Assembly (NCBI GenBank): GCA_051530055.1
Contig: CM121342.1
Location: forward strand, 4,153,489 to 4,217,488
DNA length: 64,000 nt
Direction of reading: 5' to 3'
Source of the DNA: Neoechinorhynchus agilis
Lineage: Eukaryota > Animalia > Acanthocephala
Shown here: one piece after another, positions 40,206-57,365 of the stretch
How the letters are laid out: each line of letters opens with the position of its first letter
Position numbering within the stretch: the first letter of the stretch is position 1
Program-made: the position numbers and the translations under genes
The notes under the pieces: model-generated
Told to the model about the DNA's origin: nothing
Seen by the model: only the letters and a program-made list of their open reading frames with translations
Database searches by the model: none

Positions 40206-41019
40206 AATGCGGATTTGATATGACTGCGAAATAGAATTTATACAGAAATTCGGCCGATTGAACACTAATTTTTAAACTCGCTTACGGTTAACATTCACAT
40301 TTGTTCCAATGAGCGCGTTTGGTGTTGTTTTTGAATAGATACACAAATCAAATTCATTTTGGAGCTTCGAACAGTCTGGCGCAGTGATCAAGAATTAAAT
40401 TCTCTTTGGCATTCCGAACCAATCAATTGATTATGATTAAAAAATGAAACCAAGATGCCGGAGGCAGTGGTCCGACGAACGCTGCTGCCGAAGCCACAAA
40501 GTAATCATTTATATAATAAAAATAACACATTTTATTATATAATAACTCATTTTATTTGTTAATGCACAAAGAATTGAACCCATGTACCTTTGAGTCCCCA
40601 TAAGCGCCCGAGTTCAGAGTTGTTCAAAGAATGGAGTTGTTGATTTTGGAGTGGATTACAGGCACGGTGTCGATCGGGAATATACGGTCGAGGGGGGGGG
40701 AAAGTCCGTTCGGGTGGGAATTGGTGGTTATTCGCGTCGAAGAGAGTTTGTGAGGTTGGGTCATTCCTCGGGTTCATTTCAGATCTGATTGTGCAGTATG
40801 GAAAAAGGAGCAGGATGAAACGAATCGAGATTACGAGCAATAATATAAACAGGAGAAACCATGTCCTTTTCTGGGTCCTCTCAAAAAAGTGCATCCGTTC
40901 GGGTGAGAATATCCGGTAGAGGGAAGTCCCTTCGGGTGGGAATTGGCGGCCGAGCACATGCCCGTTGGGGTAGAAATTGGTGGTTATTGTTTGTGGGAGA
41001 TTTATTTGATTTTGGTTGG

Positions 41020-41950
41020 TTAATTGGTAGTTCTTGTTGTTTTCCACTCTTTCCTCGGAATCAATTCGCATTTGGAGGATTGATCGGTGGAGACGAAGGA
41101 GCGGAGGTAGAGATTTTAGCGAGGAACGAAAAGGGTGGAAAATGTCGTTGGAGCGACGCGAGTGTTGTAAGTGTAAAAGGAGAAAAGCGAGGCAGAAATT
41201 GAAGAAGAATGAAGGATCAGAGCGAAGTGTTTTTTAAAGGCAGGAGTTCGGAGGAGAAGATTGGAGAGCACCTCTCTTGTGAAAAGTATTAAGTTCTTGG
41301 AGAAGGTTAGAAGATAAATTGCAGAAGGTTGATAAAATTGGTTAGGTTGTTGTTTTTCACTCTTTCCTCGGAATCAATTCGCATTTGGAGGATTGATCGG
41401 TGGAGACGAAGGAGCGGAGGTAGAGATTTTAGCGAGGAACGAAAAGGGTGGAAAATGTTGTTGGAGCGACGCGAGTGTTGTAAGTGCGAGTAAAAGGAGA
41501 AACACGAGGCAGAAATTGAAGAGGACGAAGAGAATGAAGGATCTTTTAGAGTACTTTTGAAAGATTAAAGAGAGAGAAGTGTTTTTCTATGAGTTCGGAG
41601 GAGAAGATTGGAGCGCACCTCTCTTGTGAAAAGTATTAAGTTCTTGGAAAAGATTAGAAGATAAATCGCAGAAGGTTGATAAAATTGGTTAGGTTGTTGT
41701 TTTCCGTTCTTTCCTCGGAATCAATTTGCATTTGGAGGATTGATCGGTGGAAAAGAAGGAACGGAGGTAGAGATTTTAGCGAGGAACGAAAAGGATGGAA
41801 AATGTTGTTGGAGCGATGCGAGTGTTGTAAGTGCGAGTAAAAGGAGAAAAGCGAGGCAGAAATTGAAGAAGAATGAAGGCATCAGAGCGAAGTGTTTTTT
41901 AAAGGCAGGAGTTCGGAGGAGAAGATTGGAGAGCACCTCTCTTGTGAATT
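41020..41950. repeat. Three diverged direct copies of a ~310-350-bp purine-rich unit
   Basis: ttcctcggaatcaatt(c/t)gcatttggaggattgatcggtgg at ~41050, ~41364 and ~41710. Confidence 0.85.
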
Positions 41951-42142
41951 TCAATAAAATGTTGTTCTATAAATTGTTGGTGATGTTTTAGGACTTTGTT
42001 GATCTAGGTACGTCGTTGTTTCTCGTCCGGAAAAGCACATTAACCTTTTTTTTCTTCAAAACAATACCAAACGATATATATATTTACTGTCACGTAAAAG
42101 GGGGCACGACCACCTTCTAACAGACACTCGCGCAGAAAAGCA

Positions 42143-42499
42143 ATGTTCAATTCAAAGAGAGGACGCGATTTTATAAAAAGGACTCCAAGGATTGGACCTG
42201 AATATCAAGCCACAATACCAGACGAAAAGTATGATGAGAACGATTTGCCTGAATCGGGAGACGAGTTGATAGATTATAGCGAGAATCACGTATTAGTAGA
42301 TAAATTGATGGATCCATTGCCTTTTACAATCAAAGAGATGGAATTGTTTATTGAAGCTTATAAAATACACGGAAAAGATTTCAGTAAGATTAAGAAGAAT
42401 TATTTGAGTGAGAGATCAATCACCGATATCGTATGGTTTTATTACTATTGGAAGAGGAATCCAGAAGTTTATAATGAGGAAGAAGAAGCTAGAATCTGA
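42143..42499 (+). CDS. Small protein with an ELM2-like start and a SANT domain (MIER/RERE/RCOR-type)
   Basis: PRIGPEYQATIP, then FTIKEMELFIEAYKIHGKDFSKIKKNYLSERSITDIVWFYYYWKR. Confidence 0.75.
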   Translation: MFNSKRGRDFIKRTPRIGPEYQATIPDEKYDENDLPESGDELIDYSENHVLVDKLMDPLPFTIKEMELFIEAYKIHGKDFSKIKKNYLSERSITDIVWFYYYWKRNPEVYNEEEEARI

Positions 42500-42833
42500 G
42501 AACAAGAATTGATGTTTTTTTTAGAAGTCATGATGACAGATTTAGAAGCAATAAAAACATTTTTAAGGTAAAAAAAGAGTGTTGACGATGAAAACGTTTT
42601 AGCGATACTATCAATTGTTAAAAGAAAATAAGTTTTTAAAAAACTCGGTCTAAATGTTCTATATTGAACCTGCTCCTCTTTTATTTTTTGAGGCTCTCTT
42701 TTTTGTTGACATAACGGGAAGAAGAAGCTAGAATCTGAGAACAAGAATTGATGTTTTTTTTAGAAGTCATGATGACAGATTTAGAAGCAATAAAAATCCT
42801 GAAACATCTTCTTTTTTCGAGTATTTTTTTTAT

Positions 42834-44218
<1,385 letters not shown>

Positions 44219-44389
44219 CTAAAATCCTGTGAAACCGGAAATTGCGAAGAATACGAAATTAGGATGAAAAATAATGAAATCACCTAAATTGAAATCATTA
44301 ACGAGATTTTGCGAACATCAAGAAACGCTCCCTCTAAAATCCGAAAGGATCAGATATACTTGCACATCTTTTTTAATGGTTTGCTCAGA

Positions 44390-46735
44390 AACGTCGTCTT
44401 TCTAAAAACAGAGATATAATCCGAAACCAATCGGTTAGAATCTCTCTAAATAGAAAAAATCCCAAGGAGATGAAAGAAGAAAAATGCTCTTTATCTGGAA
44501 GAATCGAAGTAATTTGCACTTTTTCATTGAAATACTAAAACGTCATCTTTCTAAAAAGTGCATTAATCCGAGACAAATCGGTTAGAACTTCTCTAAATAG
44601 AAAAAATCCAAAGGTGATGAAAGAATGTTCTCCTTTATCTGGAAGAATCGAAGTAATTTGCACTTTTTGCCTTAAATGCTAAAACTTCATCTTTCTAAAA
44701 AGTGCATTCATCCGAGACCAATCGGTTAGAATCTCTCTAAATAGAAAAAATCCCAAGGAGATGAAAGAAGAGAAATGTTCTCTTTATCTGGAAGAATCGA
44801 AGTAATTTGCACTTTTTGCCTTAAATACTAAAACGTCATCTTTCTAAAAAGTGCAATCATCCGAGACAAATCGGTTAGAATTTCTCTAAATAGAAAAAAT
44901 CCAAAGGAGATGAAAGAAGAATGTTCTCCTTTATCTGGAAGAATCGAAGTAATTTGCACTTTTTGCCTTAAATGCTAAAACTTCATCTTTCTAAAAAGTG
45001 CATTCATCCGAGACAAATCGGTTAGAACTTCTCTAAATAGAAAAAATCCAAAGGAGATGAGAGAAGAATGTTCTCGTTAATCTGGAAGAATCGAAGTAAT
45101 TTGCACTTTTTGCCTTAAATGCTAAAACTTCATCTTTCTAAAAAGTGCATTCATCCGAGACAAATCGGTTACAATTTCTCTAAATAGAAAAAATCCAAAG
45201 GAGATGAAAGAAGAATGTTCTCCTTTATCTGGAAGAATCGAAGTAATTTGCACTTTTTTATTTAAATACTAAAACGTCATCTTTCTAAAAAGTGCATTCA
45301 TCCGAGACCAATCGGTTACAATTTCTCTAAATAGAAAAAATCCAAAGGAGATGAAAGAAGAATGTTCTCTTTTATCTGGAAGAATCGAAGTAATTTGCAC
45401 TTTTTGCCTTAAATACTAAAACTTCATCTTTCTAAAAAGTGCAATCATCCGAGACCAATCGGTTACAAATTCTCTAAATAGAAAAAATCCAAAGGAGATG
45501 AAAGAAGAATGTTCTCGTTTATCTGGAAGAATCGAAGTAATTTGCACTTTTTGCCTTAAATGCTAAAACTTCATCTTTCTAAAAAGTGCAATCATCCGAG
45601 ACAAATCGGTTACAATTTCTCTAAATAGAAAAAATCCAAAGGAGATGAAAGAAGAATGTTCTCCTTTATCTGGAAGAATCGAAGTAATTTGCACTTTTTG
45701 CCTTAAATACTAAAACTTCATCTTTCTAAAAAGTGCAATCAACCGAGACCAATCGGCCACAAATTTTCTAAATAGATGAAATCCAAAGGAGATGAAAGAA
45801 GAATGTTCTCCTTTATCTGGAATAATCGAATTAATTTGCACTTTTTGCCTTAAATGCTAAAACTTCATCTTTCTAAAAAGTGCATTCATCCGAGACAAAT
45901 CGGTTAGAACTTCTCTAAATAGAAAAAATCCAAAGGAGATGAGAGAAGAATGTTCTCTTTTATCTGGAAGAATCGAAGTAATTTGCACTTTTTGCCTTAA
46001 ATACTAAAACTTCATCTTTCTAAAAAGTGCAATCAGCCAACATTTTTCTAAATAGAAAAAATCCCATGGAGATGAAAGAAGAATGTTCTCCTTTATCTGG
46101 AAGAATCGAAGTAATTTGCACTTTTTTTATTAAATACTAAAACGTCATCTTTCTAAAAAGTGCAATCAACCGAGACCAATCGGCCACAATTTCTCTAAAT
46201 AGAAAAAATCCCATGGAGATGAAAGAAGAATGTTCTCCTTTATCTGGAAGAATCGAAGTAATTTGCACTTTTTTTATTGAAATACTAAAACGTCATCTTT
46301 CTAAAAAGTGCAATCAACCGAGACCAATCGGCCACAATTTCTCTAAATAGAAAAAATCCAAAGGAGATGAAAGAAGAGAAATGCTCTTCTTTATCTGGAA
46401 GAATCAGAGTAATTTGCACTTTTTTGATTGAAATACTAAAACGTCATCTTTCTAAAAAGTGCATTCATCCGAGAACAATCGGCCACAATTTCTCTAAATA
46501 GATTAAATCCCAAGGAGATGAAAGAAGATGTTCTCTTTTATCTGGAAGAATCGAAGAAATTTGCACTTTTTGCCTTAAATTCTAAAACGACATCTTTCTA
46601 AAAAGTGCAATTAACCGAGACAAAACGGCCACAATTTCTCTAAATGGATGAAATCCCAACGAGATGAAAGTCGAGAAATGTTCTCCTTTATCTGGAAGAA
46701 TCGAAGTAATTTGCACTTTTTGCCTTAAATACTTC
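44390..46735. repeat. Tandem satellite, 147-bp unit x ~16
   Basis: ctctaaatag at 44884, 45031, 45178, 45325 (147-bp steps). Confidence 0.95.
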
Positions 46736-47325
46736 CTGTTTGGATATTTTTTTCAATTAATCCTGATTTTATTCTGGGTTGTATCTTCAATACAATTCTA
46801 TTTTGATTTTTATTTGAAACGAGATGATCGCATTGAATATTGAATGTATTGCTGAACATCGAGGACGCTTACAAACCGTAAGAATTTTCACTAAAGATTT
46901 ATACTGAACTCGAGCGATTTTGGTTGACTTTCGATAATTATCGATATCTTTTGGTCTTTCTAATTTTCGTGTGAGAAAAGGACAGATTATTCCTCGTTAG
47001 CCATCGATTTCCGATGATCGGTTAATGTTAACACGCTGATTTTTGGGAAAAACTCAACTCGCCCGTTATTGCCGAAAAGGCTCTCGCCTTTGTTTTGAAA
47101 TATGTCGTTCAGGTCTCTTTTTTCCGCACATTTTGTCTGAGATTTCAAATGAAAGCTAAGGTCCGAGCCAAGCTAAAAGCATCGCTGTACCATCCTTTTA
47201 AAGTCAACTTTAAAAAACCTTAATTCGAAAGGCAAGCGTTAGAAAATCATTGTGATCTAGTCAAGAGTTTTGTGAGAAATTCGGAAAAGGCAAATGAAGT
47301 TCTCGGCTTTGGAATCTTTTTGCAG

Positions 47326-47715
47326 ATGATATCCTCTGATACGAAACTGATTGGTACATCAAACGGAACAAGTAATAATCCGTTTCTGGACGGTCTTGAA
47401 CGTGCAAGTACTAAAATCAAAGGGCTTTCTCATGGCCTGGAGGAATCAATGCGAAGCAATGATCGAGACCGAATGGATCTTCAAATACTGCGACATACAA
47501 TGGGTTTAGGCGTTGCTCTCCAAGCTCGAGTGGAACTGGATTTGTCCTCAAGGATTGGTCGATTGCCATTTACGAAACGTTCTCTACTTCACAATCGAGT
47601 CCTTCGTGGAAATCTTGATGAAATATCAGAAGAAGACGTACTTGGATCAGAACCAACGCCGGATCTAGTGAACGCTCCACATATTCATCTTGACCGAATG
47701 GACGGATATCTTTAA
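47326..47715 (+). CDS. POMP: Proteasome maturation protein (UMP1 family)
   Basis: MDLQILRHTMGLGVALQARVELDLSSRIGRLPFTKRS...VLRGNLDEISEEDVLG matches POMP NFSTLRNIQGLFAPLKLQME...RLPFL...VLRGNDETIGFEDIL. Confidence 0.85.
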   Translation: MISSDTKLIGTSNGTSNNPFLDGLERASTKIKGLSHGLEESMRSNDRDRMDLQILRHTMGLGVALQARVELDLSSRIGRLPFTKRSLLHNRVLRGNLDEISEEDVLGSEPTPDLVNAPHIHLDRMDGYL

Positions 47716-47719
47716 TAAT

Positions 47720-49860
<2,141 letters not shown>

Positions 49861-50034
49861 GAAGGAGAAGAGAAAGTAAATTTAGTGAACATGGCGAATT
49901 CGTCTTTAGTTCTCGGAATTTCTAACAATTCTCGGAAAAAACACGTTATTTTTTGCGAAAACTTTCACGCAAACATTTTTGTGTAGAACTCTCGCTCGTC
50001 CTAAATAATCGAAACCTTTTTTCTCGGTCGATTG

Positions 50035-50427
50035 CTAAAAAAAACTTACGATATCCGCAAATTCTGTAATGCCGAGATATCCGCTTTCAAATCCGAACAA
50101 ACATAAGGCGTTGTTCTTCATAACAAACGCGACGTTTTCCTTAAATGCCTTTCGTGAAGATCGGAAATTCAGTTCGGCGATTTTTGTCCTTTCTTTTGCT
50201 ACAAACGAGAGTTTTCGAAAAGAATAAAGCATTAGCCAATTACCGAAGGCGCTCTTAAATAAAAAATACAATCGATCTGCTTCCGAGTCTGTAATGAATC
50301 CCTTTTTGGTTTTGTGGCTAAATCGATCCGCATACGCCGAAAAGACGTCCTCCAACATTTGGCCAAACTCTTTCTTTTCTGGATCTTCGGGATAAAGCAG
50401 AAATTTTGATTTGCAAGGATCGATCAT
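50035..50427 (-). CDS. Hypothetical protein exon, 130 aa (identical copy at 59398-59790 on +)
   Basis: ATG-initiated ORF with coding-like composition ending in a GTAAGT donor; no family recognised. Confidence 0.35.
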   Translation of the reverse strand: MIDPCKSKFLLYPEDPEKKEFGQMLEDVFSAYADRFSHKTKKGFITDSEADRLYFLFKSAFGNWLMLYSFRKLSFVAKERTKIAELNFRSSRKAFKENVAFVMKNNALCLFGFESGYLGITEFADIVSFF

Positions 50428-51819
50428 TGAGCAACTCAGTTAAGCACTTTGAAAACTCGAAAAGGTGTTCGTTTACGAGAAATGCTTTTCGTCATAAAAG
50501 AACGGAAAAACAAATCACACGTTCATAAATATTTTCGAGGGCCACAAATATTGTCAATTTATTGGGGACGTTCGATTTTAGAGTGATTCTCTCAAAAAAA
50601 AGAAAATCCCCAATTTTGTTCTCTTGTGATTTTTTTCTATTTAAGAAAAATGATATTTTTAGCCGCCGAGTCGATAAATATTTAAGTTCTGCGAATATTG
50701 TCAATTTATTGGGGACGTTCGATTTTTGAAAATCGGCGTTTCTCTCAAAAAAAAAGAAAATCCCCCATTTTGTTCTCTTGTGATTCTGTTTTTTTCTTTT
50801 TAAGAAAAATGACATTTTTTAGCCGCCGAGTCGATAAATATTTAAGTTCTACGAATATTGTAAATTTATTTGGGGACTCTCTTTCAAAAAAAGAAAATCC
50901 CCAATTTTGTTCTCTTGTGATTTTTTTCTATTTAAGAAAAATGATATTTTTAGCCGCCGAGTCGATAAATATTTAACTTCTGCGAATATTGTCAATTTAT
51001 TTGGGGACGTTCGATTTTTGAAAATCGGCGTTTCTCTCAAAAAAAAAAGAAAATCCCCCATTTTGTTCTCTTGTGATTCTGTTTTTTTCTCTTTAAGAAA
51101 AATGACATTTTTTAGCCGCCGAGTCGATAAATATTTAAGTTCTACGAATATTGTAAATTTATTTGGGGACTCTCTTTCAAAAAAAGAAAATCCCCAATTT
51201 TGTTCTCTTGTGATTCTGTTTTTTCTTTTTTAGGAAAAATGACATTTTTAGCCGGCGAGTCGATAGATATTTAATTTCTACGAATATTGTAAATTTATTT
51301 GGGGACGTTCGATTTTAGGGTGATTCTCTCAAAAAAATCCCCAATTATTATTTTTCTCGGTTTTTGTAACAATAAAACGCCTTTTCCACCTTTGCACCAC
51401 GCGATTGGTACCGTCATTTTATCATTAATGATTGATCGTGGCTTTCGTCCTCTCGAAATCATCGACGGCTGATAATATTTATTATAAATTAATTTACTGA
51501 TAATGTAGGACTCGACAAAGCTATCGACAGTTTTGGCTACAAAATCTAAGATCATCGCGGATGAGATTTTAGCACTTTTTTTCTGTATGTTCCTTTTAGT
51601 TAATTCTCCTACTTATTTTGAAGATAAATTTAGTGCTGCTTCACAAATCGAACTCTTTTTTGTATTCCGATTGATTTTCCTGTTTTCTGGACTAAAACTT
51701 CTTGTCTTTGTTTTGTATAGCGTTCCTCTTCACACTTCTTCCACTCGAAACTCGAGCATATTTTATAGATTCTTCATAGTATAATTAAAATTTAACGATA
51801 TTACGGCACTGTGTTCTAA

Positions 51820-52573
51820 ATGTTCCGCTTTATCCGATCATTGCTATCATCAGTGGGAAGACCGCAGGTTCGTTCAATGTTCGTTCTAACGGAAGAGACG
51901 CCAAATCCAAACAGCCTCAAGTTCTTTCCTGGAGGAAAATCGGTAACCGCAAGTTCACCAGTCACTTTCGATAGCTCCAACGACGGTCAGAAACTACCTC
52001 GATTGGCTAAAAGATTGTTTGGCGTCAGTGGGGTGAATAAAGTGAACAATTTTTATTCAGATTGTTTAAAATCGGTGATAATCGATGAAAATTGTTCATT
52101 AAAGACTCATGTTCGGTCCCGATTTCGTATCGATTACAAAATCCGAAGAGCGAGATTGGATGGTGATGAAACCCGAGATCTTTGAGATTTTAATGAATTA
52201 TTTCTCTATTGAAGGGAGTCAATTGATTGATGAAGAAGATGTGACCGCACACGAACAGCAAGATGAATCGGATTTAGACGAAATTTCCAAGCAAATTAAA
52301 GCTCTTTTAAATGAAAAGGTGCGACCTATTATTGTTAATGATGGCGGTGATATCCAATTTGTTGGATTTAACGATGGAATTGTAAGCGTGAAACTGAAAG
52401 GAGCTTGTGTTGGATGTCCTAGTTCTACAATTACTCTAAAGAACGGGATTGAAAATATGTTGAAATTCTATATTCCTGAGGTAGAGAAAGTAGAGGATAT
52501 TTCGGCTTCCAACACAAATAGTCTTGATGAACACGATTTTATGCTTAAAATGCCGAAAAAAGATGGAAATTAA
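51820..52573 (+). CDS. NFU1: NFU1 iron-sulfur cluster scaffold, copy 1
   Basis: TEETPNPNSLKFFPG, FGPDFVSITK, VRPIIVNDGGDIQFVGF, LKGACVGCPSSTITLKNGIENMLKFYIPEV (CxxC); one intron at ~52041-52105. Confidence 0.93.
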
Positions 52574-53487
52574 CGCTTTTGTGTTAACGATGAAAACGAC
52601 ATAAATTGGCTCGCAGTTATTTTACCAGTTGAAAGCTCTGCCTTGATCAATGCTTCGTTGATTCGAGAAAAGTAAGTATTTTTTATAACCGTTTTTTACT
52701 CTAGCTTAAAATGATGCAGCCAACACTTTTCCTACATTCTTTTATAAAATTTGTTGCAGAAATTTTGATTTGCAAGGATCGATCATTGAGCAACTCAGTT
52801 AAGCACTTTGAAAACTCGAAAAGGTGTTCGTTTACGAGAAATGCTTTTCGTCATAAAAGAACGGAAAAACAAATCACACGTTCATAAATATTTTCGAGAG
52901 CCACAAATATTGTCAATTTATTGGGGACGTTCGATTTTAGTTTGATTCTCTCAAAAAAAAGAAAATCCCCATTTTTGTTCGCGTGATTTTTTTTCTATTT
53001 AAGAAAAATGATATTTTTAGCCGCCGAGTCGATAAATATTTAACTTCTGCGAATATTGTCTATTTATTGGGGACGTTCGATTTTTGAAAATCGGTGATTC
53101 TCTCAAAAAAAAAGAAAATCCCAAATTTTGGTCGATTTTAGGGTGATTCTCTCTCTCAAAAAGTCCCCAATTCGGTATTGTACGAAGACGATGTAGTTTG
53201 AGATTATAAAAGTACCACATTTAAAAAAAAATTTCCTTTCATAAACCGCAAATCTCAAAATTCATCGGTGATGTGGACGACGCTTACAAATTGGATGCGT
53301 ACATAGACATTCATTGGCCAACTTTAGTCTGAAGAGCATTGAAGGTGTTTCTGAATAGAAAGCGAATCTGTTACGATCTTCCATTGCACCGCATTTCGTC
53401 TACGTTCCCAGCATTATTCTGCCTCTGGAGGTTGTTGTCGTCGCCGCATCAAATCAGTCGTCTTGAAAGACGAACGCTGTTCGGAAG

Positions 53488-54757
<1,270 letters not shown>

Positions 54758-54809
54758 AATATTTGATCAGAAAATCGGTAGATTTGAAATAAACAGCATT
54801 TAAAAGTCC

Positions 54810-56775
54810 AAATAAAGGTTTAGAAAAAACAGTTTAAATCCTCAAGTCCGCAATAAACACAAATTAATTGAATGCAGCGGCAGAGAAAAAAACCGTTTCT
54901 ACACTAAAAAAGGGAAATTACCAATCAAGAAATTATTCGCGTACTCTGAAATCCTAAGATTCGCTGAAACGTTCATATAATCAAGTTGAAAGTTAATAAT
55001 AAATCGAAGCTTTCACAAAAACTCAGATTTACCCTGAAAGTAATTCCAAGATCATTTACACGATCAAAGTCGAAATAAAGGTTTAGAAAAAACAGTTTAA
55101 ATCCTCAAGTCCGCAATAAACACAAATTACTTGAATGCAGCGCAGAGAAAAAAACCGTTTCTACACTAAAAAAGGGAAATTACCAATCAAGAAATTATTC
55201 GCGTACTCTGAAATCCTAAGATTCGCTGAAACGTTCATATAATCAAGTTGAAAGTTAATAATAAATCGAAGCTTTCACAAAAACTCAGATTTACCCTGAA
55301 AGTAATTCCAAGATCATTTACACGATCAAAGTCGAAAAAAAGGTTTAGAAAAAACAGTTTAAATCCTCAAGTCCGCAATAAACACAAATTACTTGAATGC
55401 AGCGGCGAGAAAAAAACCGTTTCTACACTAAAAAAGGAAATTACCAATCAAGAAATTATTCGCGTACTCTGAAATCCTAAGATTCGCTGAAACGTTCATA
55501 TAATCAAGTTGAAAGTTAATAATAAATCGAAGCTTTCACAAAAACTCAGATTTACCCTGAAAGTAATTCCAAGATCATTTACACGATCAAAGTCGAAATA
55601 AAGGTTTAGAAAAAACAGTTTAAATCCTCAAGTCCGCAATAAACACAAATTACTTGAATGCAGCGGCAGAGAAAAAAACCGTTTCTACACTAAAAAAGGG
55701 AAATTACCAATCAAGAAATTATTCGCGTACTCTGAAATCCTAAGATTCGCTGAAACGTTCATATAATCAAGTTGAAAGTTAATAATAAATCGAAGCTTTC
55801 ACAAAAACTCAGATTTACCCTGAAAGTAATTCCAAGATCTTACACGATCAAAGTCGAAATAAAGGTTTAGAAAAAACAGTTTAAATCCTCAAGTCCGCAA
55901 TAAACACAAATTACTTGAATGCAGCGGCAGAGAAAAAACCGTTTCTACACTAAAAAAGGGAAATTACCAATCAAGAAATTATTCGCGTACTCTGAAATCC
56001 TAAGATTCGCTGAAACGTTCATATAATCAAGTTGAAAGTTAATATAAATCGAAGCTTTCACAAAAACTCAGATTTACCCTGAAAGTAATTCCAAGATCAT
56101 TTACACGATCAAAGTCGAAATAAAGGTTTAGAAAAAACAGTTTAAATCCTCAAGTCCGCAATAAACACAAATTACTTGAATGCAGCGGCAGAGAAAAAAC
56201 CGTTTCTACACTAAAAAAGGGAAATTACCAATCAAGAAATTATTCGCGTACTCTGAAATCCTAAGATTCGCTGAAACGTTCATATAATCAAGTTGAAAGT
56301 TAATAATAAATCGAAGCTTTCACAAAAACTCAGATTTACCCTGAAAGTAATTCCAAGATCATTTACACGATCAAAGTCGAAAAAAAGGTTTAGAAAAAAC
56401 AGTTTAAATCCTCAAGTCCGCAATAAACACAAATTACTTGAATGCAGCGGCAGAGAAAAAAACCGTTTCTACACTAAAAAAGGGAAATTACCAATCAAGA
56501 AATTATTCGGGTACTCTGAAATCCTAAGATTCGCTGAAACGTTCATATAATCAAGTTGAAAGTTAATAATAAATCGAAGCTTTCACAAAAACTCAGATTT
56601 ACCCTGAAAGTAATTCCAAGATCATTTACACGATCAAAGTCGAAATAAAGGTTTAGAAAAAACAGTTTAAATCCTCAAGTCCGCAATAAACACAAATTAC
56701 TTGAATGCAGCGGCAGAGAAAAAACCGTTTCTACACTAAAAAAGGGAAATTACCAATCAAGAAATTATTCGCGTA
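54810..56775. repeat. Tandem satellite, ~261-bp unit x ~7.5
   Basis: gtttagaaaaaacagtttaaatcctc at 55081, 55343, 55604, 55865, 56126. Confidence 0.95.
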
Positions 56776-57365
56776 AGATTGGTTTTTTCAACTCAATGCC
56801 GTTAATCTGAGATATCGTTTCTGCACCTGCTTAAATACTTATTGATTTTATTTAGGATTCCATAGAATGTGCACTTGAATCCAAAAGTCGGCAAATAATA
56901 ATAGATTGTAAAACGAGATAAACTAACAATACTGGCCAATTTTAGAATTTGCTCACATGTCCTATGGTCATTAAAGGTTCAGTTTTTGTGAAGGCGAAAT
57001 AAAGAAAAACGGGTTTTAATATTTCGTCCTCTACTCGTGGGATTTCTTCATAATTGTTTCGCCAGTTAAAAAAATATTTCAGGCAATAGAATTGATGAAA
57101 TGACTCTAGAAATCAATCGGAATACGCATTCTTCTTTAATGATCCCTCTCGTAAAATTGAAGAGCGACCCAAATAACAATAATTTTTAAGAATTTGGTTG
57201 AGGAAAATTTCGCTCTGGCATCAAAAATGATCTCCCTTTGACCCATTACCGAATGTGAGTCCACAGTCGTCGATTTTAGACCTTTTTTGGATGGCAAAAT
57301 AACTACAAAGTTTTATTATTGCAAAAAATAGTATTTTCTGAATGATAAACCGCTTGTGTCCAATG

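Noticed and set aside
40559-41071. 170-aa minus-strand ORF with a hydrophobic segment
   Set aside because: Starts within a repeat and has no recognisable homology; insufficient support.
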